From: Guillardia theta CCMP2712
Lineage: Eukaryota; Protista; Cryptophyta
Assembly: GCF_000315625.1 (NCBI RefSeq)
Contig: NW_005434672.1
Span: 488,006-552,005 of the forward strand
Direction of reading: 5' to 3'
Length of the DNA: 64,000 bases
Part shown: positions 48,812 through 62,600 of the stretch, piece after piece
How the letters are laid out: each line of letters opens with the position of its first letter
How positions within the stretch are numbered: position 1 is the first letter of the stretch
Made by a program: the position numbers and the translations under genes
Notes under the pieces: model-generated
The model's input: the letters and a program-made list of their open reading frames with translations, nothing else
What the model was told of the DNA's origin: nothing
Databases searched by the model: none

Positions 48812-50211
48812 CTAATTATCCTGTGGCTTCACCAATCCAATCCATTTCACCAATTGTGACATTCCAGTCAAACAGTTCTCACGCTGCACAAACCCGTGGG
48901 ATTGAAGCTTCCGTGCCGATGGCCGCAAGTCAGGGTCTCGTTCCATGCACTTGTCAACAAAATCGACAAGCTTGGAGTTCTCGGAGATCCTTGCAATCTT
49001 TTCTGCGGGAGTAGGTCCCGATATAACGAGGTCCAGAAGATCCCAGAACTGCAGATCTTTGCTCTTGCGCAAAATCGCACCATTGTCTTCTACTTCGATG
49101 GTGTACGGATAATGCGACATCGCACACTCTGCGATCACAAGACCAACACTCCAAATGTCAGATTCCATTGAGTAGGATTCACCCGTCATCCGCTCTGGAG
49201 ACATGTAGGTCACAGTCCCAACCCATTCAGACAAGGAACTTGTGTTCTCGACAGTTGCACTGACGCCAAGGTCTCCAAGCTTGACGCAACCATCGCGTGA
49301 CAAAAGCACGTTACCTGGCTTGATATCACGATGAATGACTCTTAATTCATCATGCAGGTAGCCAATCGCTTGCAACATGCACTTGCCGACGTGGGCCAAG
49401 GCCAACTCAGGGATCCTCCTTCCATTCGCCGCCTTGAGCAAGTCCAACAGGGAGCCAGCATCCATGTACTCCATGAGCAGGTGAAAACAATTATCAACGT
49501 AACGAACTGCATGGCACTTCACGATCATCGGGTGCGCGATTCGATAGTTGACTTTGGCCTCGTGAGCAATCAATTTCATGCGATCCTCACCGCAATCAGT
49601 TGGAATTTCCTTCAAAGCAAGCACAGATCCTTTGCTTTGCAATTTGTTCACACATTTCCATACTTCTCCGCCACATCCACGACCAATTGGTTGAACCTTT
49701 ACAATATCATCAAAGTTCGCGTTGTTATCAAACCTTCGGTTCCAGTCTGTTGCATTGTGGGAGATGATCGAATGCGAAAATGCAGACCCATGCAAGTTCT
49801 GATTATCACGTAACCTCATCTTTTGATCAAAATTGCGAAGCTCCAAGACATCACATGAGTCATGCATCCCAGTTGAAGCCTCGGAAAGCGCATCGTCGTC
49901 GAATTTAGGTGCATTCTTGGCAGATCCTGACGGCGAAGAGTACTGCAAACCGTTCCCGTCGACAACAATGTCATCGTCCTCATACCGATGCCTAAAAGCC
50001 CTGTAAAAATGTGTAAGAGATCTATGTATTGCAAACATGCAACAGAATCACCTTTTCCTCTGTCCAGAACAGATGTCGTTGAGATCCAGTTTGACGGGGT
50101 TGGGCTTTCTTGCGCACGTGATCCAGCGAAATCCAAAAAACTCACGCGACACCATTTCTTCAAACATGATGTTGCTGGTTTAATACGCAAGGATTTCTTG
50201 CCTGGATGCAC
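48812..50211 (-). CDS. MAP kinase kinase (STE7/MEK family)
   Basis: IGRGCGGEV, LALKEI, MEYMDAGSL, IHRDIKPGN, DLGVS, WVGTVTYMSPER, SDIWSVG. The 5' end is uncertain. Confidence 0.9.
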
Positions 50212-52225
50212 CCAAAAGACCCGTGCTTCACGTGCTTAAACAGGTAGGAACGCAAACTGCAAACTGAGGAGGCCTTGCTGTAACGCTGAATACGGCACTG
50301 ACCAGGGAGAGAACAACAAGGCAAGACTAAAAGGTCGGATTCGAGAGCGTCGATACTTCAGGGACAGGCTGCTGGTCCCCTTTCCCCTCTTTCCAGGTTC
50401 CTCTGCTGCGCACGCTTGCTTGTGTCGTTCCCTGCTTCCGTGCAAATCTTGCCTCAACCTGGGACACCTCAGTCGACGACAGCTTCAGTACGGCTACGAT
50501 TCAACGAAGATCTTTTGAAATAGCCCACCTAATACCCATCAATATACCATCCTGAGACTGAAACATTATAGTAATATATTACTCAATATAATGATGTCAT
50601 TTTGTATATTCTAAATTTTGTACCTCAACCTGGACTCTCGCTCTCTGCAGGAAATCCCTGCGGAATTTTGGTGGTCATGCTCTCGTCCGGCGTCGACGAC
50701 GTTAACTAAAGTAAGCTATACGACTGTCTATTAAGACCTGCAGTCCCGAAATGTTCTGGATAGTCGACCATTTGTACCAGAAATAGTCGATAATTTGCTA
50801 AGTTACCTGATTATTTGCGTATTTGAGGTTAACTACACAGCTCAGTGTGGTCTGATCGTTTCGTTTGTCAGGCTGTCTTAAAAACTTTGTAGAGTGTAAC
50901 GTTGTTTTAAAAGATCCTTTCGCTATACAAGTGTTTTCCGTCCATCTGGCAGTCTTCCCGAAACGCTGTGGTTTCTACTCTTGCTTTACAACACATTTGA
51001 CTAAAAGGTGTAACGCCCCGTCCCCCGTGCCGTACCCACCCATGGAGAGCCCCTTCAATCACCCGAGACATGAATTGCCTCATCGCGGACCCTGTATGTC
51101 CAACCATCATACGAATAGATTGGATCTCGATATAATAAATATCTCCTCTTGGCACAAGGCCATTTGCTACCGCTCACCAGTTCAACATTCCACCGGTGCA
51201 AGGCAGGATGAACTTCCTTCATGTACCCTGGTGAGAAAATTCCTTTGATCTGGTACAAATGTCACCACCCCTACCTTATATTGGAGGACCCCACCCTCCC
51301 CGAAAAGTTTCCAAATTGTCAACATTAATACCCCCCTCCCCCCACCTTCAAATCACTAATCTACCCACCCACATATAAGAGTCTCAATCACAGTACCGGG
51401 GATATCCTCCCACTATACCGCTTCACAGCACCCCGTACCCGTCTACACTACTGTGTCTATTCCTCCTAAACACTGGGGTGGTCACCAACGTACGTTGATA
51501 TCCTTCCACCGGTCCCTTTCGGGTTGTTTGATCTCGATTCCCGGGGAACCAGCTGCTGGGGTGGTGAACTCACCAGTACCCCATGGTTTCATACTTTGTC
51601 TGCTGTGAATATGGTGGGTGGGTCAAAAAGATTTGATAACTTCGAGCACCTGAGGGTCCCCTGTACCCCACCCCATTTTGCCGTTCGGTACAAATCTTGG
51701 TAGAATATTGGTAACCTGTCGGTCGGTACAAATTATGGTTCAATCACTACCCCGCCCCCCCCTCCACCCCCTTTCAAGTCACCCCCATCCTACCACCCCT
51801 CATGAAGTGGGTGAAAGTTGCATCGACCATGGGTAGTCCCATGGTGACCTCAGTTGTCAACCCCCACCCCCATGGTGCCTGTGCGAAGAACGATCATTAC
51901 AACCCTATAGGGTCTACCTCACCAAAATCATACTTGAATCATTATGCTGATATCATCAAGGTAGATTTCTCATCGCTGAGGAGTGCCTTGTGACTACACC
52001 CCTTGACTTGGACCCTAGAGTGATAGAATCTTCTCTCGTCACCAGCATGGAAGTGAACAGAACGGAAAGTGGTCGGTGCGGAACGGTTACAAAACAGTTA
52101 CCGTTATCTGGCATCGGATCATGAAAGGGTGGGCCGGGGCCCGGTCGTCGGCCGCCCGGCAACAATCCGGCCCAGTCCTGTAACCGGCCGTAACGATCTT
52201 TGTGCCAGAATTAGAGACCGCGGCG

Positions 52226-55200
52226 ATGGCGGGAATGGAGGGGGGGGAAGGGTGCGTCTTCCGCTATGAAGGGCACGAAGACGACCAGCCTCTGTTATGG
52301 CGAGATCCTCTCAATGATCTCGTCGGTGCTCTCAACGAGGTGAGTCACGGGCCTCCTCTTTACTTGCTGCACTCTGACGCCACGATGCGTCGTGACTTCG
52401 CGCGACGAGTGCGTTGCGCCCCTGAAGTTCTCGCAGTTGATGGTCAAGAGGAAGAAGAAACTCGGCCCGGTGCTGAGCCAGGTGATACTTGGATGCCTGG
52501 GATGTCTCCTCGGACGGAAATCATTGAGCGACAGGCTGCCAACATGGAGGACATCCCCCTGGACGACGAAGAGGATTACCGGCCGAGATCTGTGCGCTCG
52601 CGCCGCCCGCGCTCAACGGGTCTGGAATTGAAGACTTGTGTGCTATGCTCATGAGTCTGATGACTTGGCAAAACAGGAAGAGACCGGCCGTCCTCAATCG
52701 GAGTGAGATCCATCACCCCCGAGGGCCGCGCCTCCAGGGGATCGACAAGCCCGAGACGGGTTTCATCTCGCACGAAGCTGGGTGAGCGTCTGCCGTCAGG
52801 GCCTCGTCCTCCTGATTCATCTCGTCTGTCCCCAGGTGCGGGTGGGCCCTCCTATCAAGACCGGCCCAGGAGCGACAGGCCGTACCTTGCTGGATCCAAT
52901 GCGCTGGGAGGGTCTCGACCAGGTTTGAAGGTTCTGGAGCGTTCCTCTGCAGCTGAGCTGCTTGCTGCAAGTAGATGATGATGATGACATCGAAGACTGG
53001 GAAGACATCGACTCTGACGATGAAGAGACCCCCATGGTACGCCAGTTCTGACGGCGAGGATCAGGATGACCTCGGGTTGAGCAGGACGAGGAATGGGAGG
53101 CTCCTCCTGCTCTTGGCGAGGATGGCGATGAGTATGCCCCCCAGGAGCCACAAGGAGCCATTCTTCGCTCACAGGTGTGGAGGCATGGAGTGCACCTGTT
53201 GGATATTGACATCTCTACAGCCGAAAGAAGACGCTAAGATGGCAAGGAGGGAGCAAAGGAAAAAACTAAAGCAGGAACTGATAGAAAAAGAGAAAGAGCT
53301 TCAAGAAGTTCGATCTAGGATCTCTGCTGACGAGGTTTTGCTGCGCCTGAGGAAGCAGCAGAGCAGCGAGCTTGGCTCCTCCATGTCGGAATGCCATGAA
53401 GGAGAAGAGCAAGCAAACACCTGGATCAAAGCACTCGAGGAAGTGTTTCACAAAAGAACAGCAAAGGTGAACAATCTCCTCGATGATATCGTGCCCTCAC
53501 TCTCTGTCTGTCTTATAGCTGCAAGAGCATGATGGAAAGATTTCCCTTACGAAAAATCACATTGAACAGTGCGAGCACATGCTCTCAGACCTTGACCTGG
53601 AGAGACGCGCTGCCGTCTCAAAGTACATCTCGGATGAGCAGACTTTCAGCAATACGGTCAAGGTGGAAAACAAAACGAGCGATATCTGGCGAGCTCTTGA
53701 GGAAGAGATTCGTACTTCACACAAGAAGGTCCTTCCAAACTGTATCCTCGTGTTTTTTCGTGACTCGCTTCTTCCCCGCCCAGTCGGAGGAATCTGTAAG
53801 CAAGCGACAGCGAGAGCATCTGAGGCTTAGCAAACACTTGCAAGATCTCGTTGTTGGTGAGGTAGAAGTTACAAAACGTGTGTCCACCATGGAGAAGGTC
53901 GCTTCATGATTTCAACCGATGGTTCTCGTGAGACACAATATTGCAGACTTTGAAAGAAGTGCAAGACGAGGGGAAGGATCTCAATAAGTACTGGAAGCGC
54001 ATCTCCATCGATCAAGAGATGCTTGTGGGAGGGGCGGTAGCCCAGGTGGATGCAGAAGAAAGGGCGAGAAGGTCTGGAGGATGGTGGTATGGAGGAATAA
54101 GGATGTGACTATTTCTGCCAGTCATCTTGTGGGTCATGGGGAGAGAATCCGATCAAAGCTCGAGATTGCCAACGGCAACCTGAACGCGCAGAAATCGGTC
54201 ATTGAAGATCAGAACAACATGGACGAGGTGTGGGCGAGGACGAGGGTGAAGAGCGAAGGGGGTTGTGAACCTAGTGGCTGTTACAGGAGCTCAAGGAGAA
54301 GACAGACGAGGTTGAGTCGAAGATCCGGACGATACAGATCGAGATCGACGAGCTGGAGGAGGCAAAGGCTTCGCTTGAGCGGCAACGCGACGAAGTGCAT
54401 CAAGTCTGTCAAGACAAGGTCTTCCCCCTTGCCCCCCGTGTTCCCTTTCTTCTTCAATCATTTCCGGGGCTGTCCATGCGATTTTCTACCGGTGAAACTT
54501 GTCGCAGGTTGACAATCTGAACTCCAGCCTGAGAGCCATCGAGACATCAGCAAATGCTGTGGCGACCGAGCAGGTTCGCGAGAGGAGGAGTCAAAGGACG
54601 CTTGCACGGGAAGTGCTGATCCCGCCGTAGGTCATCGCTCAGAGAACTCTGGCGAGCAGCGAGGAAGCTCTTGAGACGTTGGAGGAGAGCGAAGCGCGAG
54701 CTCGCCTCGAGGAGGACATTGAAGCCCTCAGACAATCACTGCACTCCATCGAGTCTAGGTAAGCTCATCACATGCAACTGCTCAATCCCCACACCTCTCA
54801 AACCTTCTCCCGCTGTACTCACCTCCTCCTCATTTTCACTTGTTCTCTCAGGCTGCACGAGGTGCAAAAAGAACGAGCAGCAGTGAGAGACACACGAGGG
54901 AAGACTCAGCGGGAAGCGATGAACGAAGCTGCTCGTCTCAACTCCAAGGTCTCCTCTGCTGCCGCCTTGCGCCAATGCCCCATTTGACGATGGCCATGCT
55001 CTTTGTGTGCTCCTGCAGGTCAAGGAGATCGATGAGAAGGTTGAGGTCCTCCTAGCTAAGAGGGTGAAGCTCGAAGGCGAACAGAGACAGTTGGACGGGC
55101 AGCGGGTGGTCGTCCATGCACGTGTGAAGCAGGTGCCCACCAGCTGGAATGAGAGCGATGCTGATGTGTCTGGCTGCAGTCGAAGAAGTCTGTCACCCCC

Positions 55201-56362
55201 CTCGAGCAAGAGCGCAAACTTTATGAGGCCGAGCTGGAGTGGGTGAGGGAGTTCGAGGAGCACTCCTTCATGCGCCTACAGGTGAGGCAGCGAGTCGGCG
55301 ATCCCGCTGATGATGACTTGGCTGCCGTGTAGGAGAAGCACGAGGAGAAGCTCCAGCTGGAGGAAGAGCTGGCGGAGCTGAAGAAGAAAGGGTCGCAGCA
55401 GCTCAACGAGCAGAGCGAGGATGAGAGCATCGTGCAGGATGGGCTGAAGGCTGTCATCGAGCTCAAGGACAAGGTCTTGCTAACTCTCTCAGCGTCTCCC
55501 CAGCTGACTCCTATGCATGACAGATCGTCCTCCATAAGCAGCACGTGGAGAAGAAGCTCAGGGATGTGCAAGAGAAGCTGGCGAGCAGTGAAGCCGAGGT
55601 TGCGAGCCTAGCTGCCACCATGCAGGCGCTGGACGGCAAGATCTTGGAAGCAGACGACGCGGCATCAGAGTTTGAGGAGAAGTCTGTCACTCTCAAGGCT
55701 GACTGGGAGGTTCGAAGGACTGGCTCCTTTTAATCGAACTGATGAGATGGCGCAGACAAAAGATCTTGACTGGAGGAGCAGACGCAAAGAGTGCCAGGCT
55801 AAGTTGAAGAAGGAGGAGAGAGCTCTTTCTGCTCTCATGGAAAGCCGCCAAGTCCTCCAGGAAGAGCTCGATGAAGTGATCCAGCAGCTCTCCGACCAGG
55901 TCCCCAACAGCCTCGTGCTCTACTTGTCTCCCTCGTGATATCAGTCGCAGAGGCACGCCGCCAGCAACGCCCGGGAGCAACAGGGAGTCCTGAGAGCAGA
56001 GAAGTCAGAGTTTGACAAGCTGATCGCTGGCATGGAGGTGAACTCACTGACTCTAGCACTCTTGCCCTCTCCTCTCGCTCCCTTCACTTTTCTTGTCTTG
56101 CTTCCTCGCCGACCTGCCTGCAAACCACGAGCTTGGCATTTTTTCCTCTATCGTGAACATTCGGGTGACATAAAGTTGTCTCTACAGGCTTCCATCAACA
56201 AGAACTGCGACAGGGAGGACGTTCTTGTCCGGCAGATCAAGGCTCTCCGCAAGTCCATCGTCCAGTCGCGCGTCGGCAACAGGTGCTGTCACCATGCTCC
56301 TCTGCTTCGTTGAGCCATGTTTGCACAGATATCGAGAGAAGATTGGGGAGACTCGGCACTGA
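52226..56362 (+). CDS. Long coiled-coil protein of unknown function, many exons
   Basis: A series of E/K/Q/L heptad-rich exons separated by ~50-nt GT-AG introns. First exon MAGMEGGEG...DPLNDLVGALNE; last ...REKIGETRH*. Confidence 0.7.
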
Positions 56363-56546
56363 TCTCGAACGCGCGCCACATCAAATCAAGCACAGCAAGA
56401 GAGATAGTGATGGATGGATGGATGGATGGATGGATGGATGGATAGGAGTGAGATGCCTGACGTTGCTGATGTTCTATGTTTCATTTTTGTCAAGGCGCAT
56501 GTATGAAGTCATGTCACCAAGTCTTTATCTCAAACGAGCCTAAACC

Positions 56547-57303
56547 CTACATCTGCACTAGCAACAGGTTGCCATTGATCTGCAGCCTCGCCGGCTCGTC
56601 TTTGGCCTCCAACTGAGGCTTCCTGGAATGGATCATCCCTCTGGTCTGGCTCAGCTGCACCCGCAGATATCGCAATGGGGGTATGAACGTCTTGTCCAAG
56701 TGCAGGCAGCCCGGCAGGACCCCGATGACACCCTGCCGCTCGATCCTCGCGATCATCCTGGACATGCGCTGGTCCACCTCCTCCAGCAGCTCCTGGTGCA
56801 GGAGAGCTTTGCTCGTCAGGAGGAGGATCTCGAACTCGATCTTGGAGTAATCGACCTCAGCGGGCTCGGGGCTGCCCGTTCCCTTGCACGCGAGCATCGT
56901 CTTGATCAGGCACTCCAGGAAGCTTCGGCTGTCCCTTATCTTCCTCGCCACCAGACTTTCAATCAGCTTCTTGACGAGCAGGCAGGAAACCCTCGGCCCA
57001 TCCTTGAGCCTCGTCTGCTCTGAGAAATCCAAGCGCGCCCTGCGCATCGGGAGCTCGTCGTCCGAGCCCTCGTCCGCGGCGACCTCTTGGTAGGTGTCTT
57101 CTCGGTAGGGATGGTACCGGTACTTCCGTATCGAGCATGTGTGGCTAAACTGAACCTCCTTGCCGTCAAGCTTCCTCTTCCGTCCTGGTGAAGCTGCTGA
57201 GACTGCCTTGTGGTTGTCAATCATCCCTGGACTCTCACTGCATCTGAGAGCGATCGTGTCGTGTGCAAGGAAAGAATGGTTCCAGATCTTAGAAGCACAC
57301 ATG
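56547..57303 (-). CDS. Hypothetical intronless protein (~250 aa)
   Basis: Open 266-aa ORF with coding-like GC3 bias and an NLS-like PGRKRKL. Confidence 0.65.
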
Positions 57304-58662
57304 TTCACTGCTTTATCGACTCGTGAGGAAAAGAGAGACGCACGCAAGAGAGAGGATGTTCGATATCGAGAGGAACCTGATCTGTGAACGAAGGAGAGAA
57401 ATTAAATGGAGAGACAGGAAGGATGAACAAAGAGTGAGAAAACGCGGGAAGAGAGGGATATATATCAACACAAGATTGCTAGGTTTATGTACAGGCAGGA
57501 GGGATGGACTAGTCGAGGTCTGACCGGTGCTGATTCCAGGTCAGGAAGGGGTGGGGGGAGAGGAGGGGGTGCTGCATGAAGAAGTTTGATGACTCAACAC
57601 GAAAGACATAGGTATAGGCAGAAGGGGGAGCGGGGAGGGAAGGGAGGGGGTGGGGTGGGGGTGGGGTAGGCGGATGTGAGGATGGAAGGAGATAGGAGCA
57701 GGAGTAGGCGGAAGAGATGAGAAAAACTCAGGGGGGTAAAGTAGTGGTAGGGGTAGTAAAGGAGGGGGTTATGATTGTATGATTTTATGGGAGTATAAGG
57801 GGTAGGGGATTTAAGACTGAAGAAGGAATAGCAGGGGGTGGGGTGACTCCTTTCTGTGTGATTTCTGGTAGGCAACAGCACCCTGTCACGTTTCAGCTGA
57901 AGATCCGAGGAGGGTGGGGTACTTACAATAGGTTTAGAGGGGTCCGTCAAGATTTGTGAGGGTGGGGTGGACTTGGGGGTCGAAAAGTAATAGATTTTTT
58001 ACGTGGGAGACTGGGAACATAACCGGTTGAATCTAGGGGTAGGGGTGAAAATACGAGGGGTAATGCTCTTTTATGAGGGGTAGGGGGTATATGCTGGATG
58101 TGATTGTGTCAGGGTAGGTACCATGATCAGGGGTACTTCGACACTCGGGCCGCTCTTTTACTGTATATTTGCTGGGTGGTGAACAAGTGTACGCAAGTAA
58201 ATCAATGTGACTAAGTTGAAGGAGGGGTCATGAGCGAAAAATTGGGGTACGTGGTGTTAAAAGGGTTAAGAATGAGGGTGGGGTGGTGGCTACGGTTGAT
58301 GGAGTGTTTGATATTATTGCAACGTTCCAGCGGCTGACCGCAAGAGAGCCTACGGGACCACCCACCCTCCACTTTCACCGGATGACCGTGGTATACCAAG
58401 GGGTGGTCAGACACCGGGAAGGCAAATTGAACGGAGGAACTTCCGAAGTCAAGGCAGCGTAACGCGAGCGAGTCGATTCTCGTCAGCCGCTCTCAAGTCA
58501 GCCGACGGCCTCCCACTTGACTCTGACCTTAGTAACAGATAAGCCTCTTGACTCGGTGATGCCGGGCACGTTCGGAGTGCCGCTCAGCGGCTGACTCAGT
58601 GAATTCTTTGACTCAAACGTTTAGCGGGCCCGGTTGAGTAAAGGCCGTAGTGTTCGTAGTGT

Positions 58663-58728
58663 TTCCTCTTTACTCAAAGTGAAGTTAAAATCAGTACGAG
58701 GACAATCAGGAGAGTCGAGGAGTGTTTA
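58663..58728 (-). repeat. Dispersed conserved non-coding element, copy 3 (inverted)
   Basis: Reverse complement reads ctcgtactgattttaacttcactttgagtaaagaggaa. Looser similarity to copy 1 extends about 25 bp further. Confidence 0.75.
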
Positions 58729-59666
58729 GTATGACTCAGTGATCCGATCCGATCCGACCGGGCCGCGGCCCGCCGCCACTGGCCCGGGTGTGCAGCTGGC
58801 AGCGCGGCGTCCGATCACGGATCGGGCGTCCGACCGGGGGCAGATAGTGCGGCTGGCGATGATGCCAGACAAAGGCTCCGTGAACTTGCCAGTTGCCAAG
58901 TTGTTTGGCAGGCCGCGGCTCGCCGCCACCGTGCCCCCCGCCGGGCGCCGGGCCGGGCTCAGCGGCCAGCCTCAGTGAGTACTAGTCACGGTCACCGGGC
59001 CGGGTGCCCGGCCCGGCCGGCGAAGGCAAAACTTTCTAGAAGATCAGAAGATCAAAAGTTCCAAATGAACCTCAAAAGTTCAGAGAACAGGATGACTCAT
59101 CCAGGAGGACACCGGTTCATCGGTTAACCCCTACCCTCTTACACGAGTCACTCTGGTGCATGACCCCCATCAGATTGAAATGGATTGACTTGGTGCTCTA
59201 AGATAAGAGATTTCTCTCTGATAAAAGATTAAAATCGCACCTAGATAGTTCCCTACTCATTCTGCAGGCTGTTATTATGTACCCCTACCCCTCAATTTGG
59301 TTCAGCTCGCTACACAACCCCTATTTTCAGTACCCCACCTCCTTGAAATCCTTGTACACACAAAAGCAGCCTCATCATCCTTTCCCCGTTCCCTTCGATC
59401 CTTGCCCTCCTGTATCTCCCCTTCCTCTCTCCCTCCTCTACCTGCTTCTCCTCCTGCCTGTCTCCGTCCTCGTCCTCCCTCCTCCCTCCTCCCGATCCCA
59501 AGATCATCCACAGCTTCCTCCTCCTCCCTGGTGTCCCGATCCACCGCCGCTTGCTCCCCTTTCTCTCCTCACCTCGCAAGATCTGGTGAAGTTACCTCCT
59601 GCGGGCGACAGAGAGGCGTTTCAATCCTGAACAATGCTTCGTCGTGGGCACCGAGGAGAAGTTGAC

Positions 59667-62600
59667 ATGGAGGGCGGGGCCGCGAAGCCATTCCACGATG
59701 ACGAGGGGGGTGGCCTTGACATGAACGCGCCGACAAGTTTTGGAATGCCGAGCATGTCCAGTGGAATTCAGGTTGCACTGATGAACATTCTCATTCTCAT
59801 CTCTTCCTCCCCTCCCCTTCTGCACCTTCGCATTTCAACCAGTGCGAGCCTTACTTGCCCTCACACTTTCTCCTGCATCCCTTGCCGCTGACTTCAACTC
59901 TCTTCAGTCTCTCAACGAACCTGACCCAGCCACGTTCGAGTCGCTCAAGCAGGTCATCTTGGTCGCAGGGGCGGCTGGCTCCTTGCTCGTGCTCTTCATC
60001 GCAGGGTTCACCATATCCTTCGTCTTCCTCGTGTGCATGGCATCCTTGTGGTACGCAGCCGACATGACAAGGCAAGGCCTGCTCGCGTACTGCAAGACGC
60101 TTGCTGACTCTTCTCTCCTGTAGTTGGATCCTCTCCTCCCCGTCAGGCACGCGGGACATGAAGGTCGTGGCAGACGCCATTCGGGAGGGAGCAGAAGGTT
60201 TTCTATCCACTCAGTACGGGACCGTAGGTAGGTGGTCGCTGGTGGTTGCAGGAGCTCTTTTCTTCATCTACCTCATCCGGCCTGTCGGGGAGGGCGCGCA
60301 CGTCAGCAGCTTCAGCCTTGCGCTGCTCACCGTCCTCGGGTTCCTCCTTGGGGCTGCCTGCTCGGGCCTTGCTGGGTGGGTCGGGGTCTGGATCTCGGTT
60401 CGGTGCAACCTGCGGGTGGCAGGAGCGGCGGCGAACAACCAGGCGGGGCTCGCGCTGAAGCTTGCCTTCTGCGGAGGAGCCGTCTCTTCCATCATCTCTG
60501 CCGCCATGTGCATCCTTGGGATCTCGCTGCTCTACTCTCTCCTGTACGCGAGCTTCGTGCTGGGTGGAGGTATGAAGGTTCACGTAATCCCCCTCCTGCT
60601 CGTCGGGTACGGCTTCGGCGCCTCCTTCGTCGCGCTGTTCATGCAGCTGGGGGGAGGCATCTACACGAAGGCTGCGGATGTAGGGGCCGATATGTGCGGC
60701 AAGGTGAGTGTGAGGGGAGACAAGGTGGCAGGCAGGAGGGGGGAGAAGGGAGGAGGGAAGAGAAAGATCATTCAAGGAGGAAAGAGCAATGAAGAAGACA
60801 AGGGTCAGGGGAAGGATGAGGCAGAGGGAGCAGGGAGCAGGGAGAATGGCAAGATGTTGACCATCGTTCCTCCTGTAGATCGAGAGCAATATTCCCGAGG
60901 ACGATCATCGGAACCCTGCAGTCATCGCGGACCTCGTGGGCGACAACGTGGGCGACTGCGCGGGGAGCATGGCGGACGTGTTCGAGTCCATCGCAGCAGA
61001 GATCATAGGGACCATGATTCATGCGGGAGTGATCATGAAGCATGTCGGAGCTGCTGATATGGAGGTAAGGACCCTCCTCCTCCTCCTCCTCCCCCCCCCT
61101 CCCCCCTCCACCCCCCACGCTCTTCTCCTCCTCCTCCTCCTCATCCTCATCCTCTCCCTCTCTCCCTGGCCCCTCCTCCTCACCGTGTCTCTCTCCCTCT
61201 CTCCCTCTCTCCTCCTCCTCCATCAGCTGCTGTGCCATGTCGACTTTCTCCCCTGCTCCACCTGCCTGTTCCTCTCCTCTTCTGCTCTTCGACCCGCTAT
61301 CATTCTGTCATCGTGGCCCTCCCTGCCAGCCACCTCCAGCATGTCTGAGTACTGACGAGGAGGGCAGGGCTACATGTTCTTCCCCTTGGTCGTGCATGCC
61401 TTTGACCTGATCGTCTCCACCATCGGCATTGTCATTGTCAGGACAGCAGAGGAGAGAGAATGTCAACAACTTTTCGCTGCTGCGCCTTCCCCTCACGCTA
61501 TCTCAGGTGACCAGCCGCTACAAGTCATGCGACGAGCATACGTCGTGAGTGCAGGTACACGCGCGAGCTGTTGAGAGGAGGGAAGGAAGGAAGCGTCATG
61601 GGGAGGTGGAGGGATGCAGAGAGCAGGAGGGAGGAGCAGGAGGCGTTCTAAGCTGGACATGGCAGCGCTTGCCCTCGGCAGCTATTTCTTCATCACCTGG
61701 AGCATGTTGTCGACAAGTGCAGCCCCCTGGGCATGGTGGAAGGTAAAACCAGGAGGCGGACGGGAAAGGGGAGAGGGAAGGGGAGGGGTTGGGGCTCAGT
61801 GGCAAAGGAAAGGACTGTAAAGACACGGACGCAGACATGACAAAGGGGGGAGGGAGGCAGGCAGGGTGACTGTTCCTTCAGTTCTTTCTTTGTGGTCTGC
61901 TGGGGATTTTCTCAGCCTACGCGCTTATCTTTATCACCCAATACTACACGGACTATGAAAACCCTCCCGTGAAGGGCATCGCCAGGGCGAGCACGACGGG
62001 ACATGGTGAGTCCTCCACCACCCTCGACCCGTCCTCCCTCCTCTTGCCCTCCGATGCCTGTCCCATCTCATGTCCAGCGCTCCTGCTCTTCCTCCGCTTC
62101 CTATCCTTTCCAGTCAAGTCCAATTCATTCTCATTTGCGCTCCTCTTTTCTTGTTAGTCCTGCCTTTCTCCTCCTCCTCTCTTACAGTTCTCCTCCGTAT
62201 CTCCGTCTCTCCTCCTTCTCACCCGCTCCTTCCTGTCTCCAGGCACCAACATCATCGCCGGTCTTGCGGTCGGCTACGAGAGCACAGCAGGACCAGCCGT
62301 CGTCATCGCCCTCACCCTCCTCCTCTCCTTCCACCTCGGCGAGTCCTCGGGCCTCGGCTCCGGCTCCGGTCTCTTCGGCACCGCAGCCGCGACCATGGGC
62401 ATGCTCGGCACTGCCGTCTTCATCCTTGCCATGAACAACTTTGGGCCCATCGCCGACAATGCGGGAGGAATCGTCGAGATGTCCGAGCAGCCTGAGAACG
62501 TCAGGATGGTGACTGACAAGCTTGACGCGGTGCCGTCCTGACCTCTCCCTCCGTCCATACTTCCCTCCCTCCCTCCCTCCCTCCCTCCCTCCCTCCCTCC

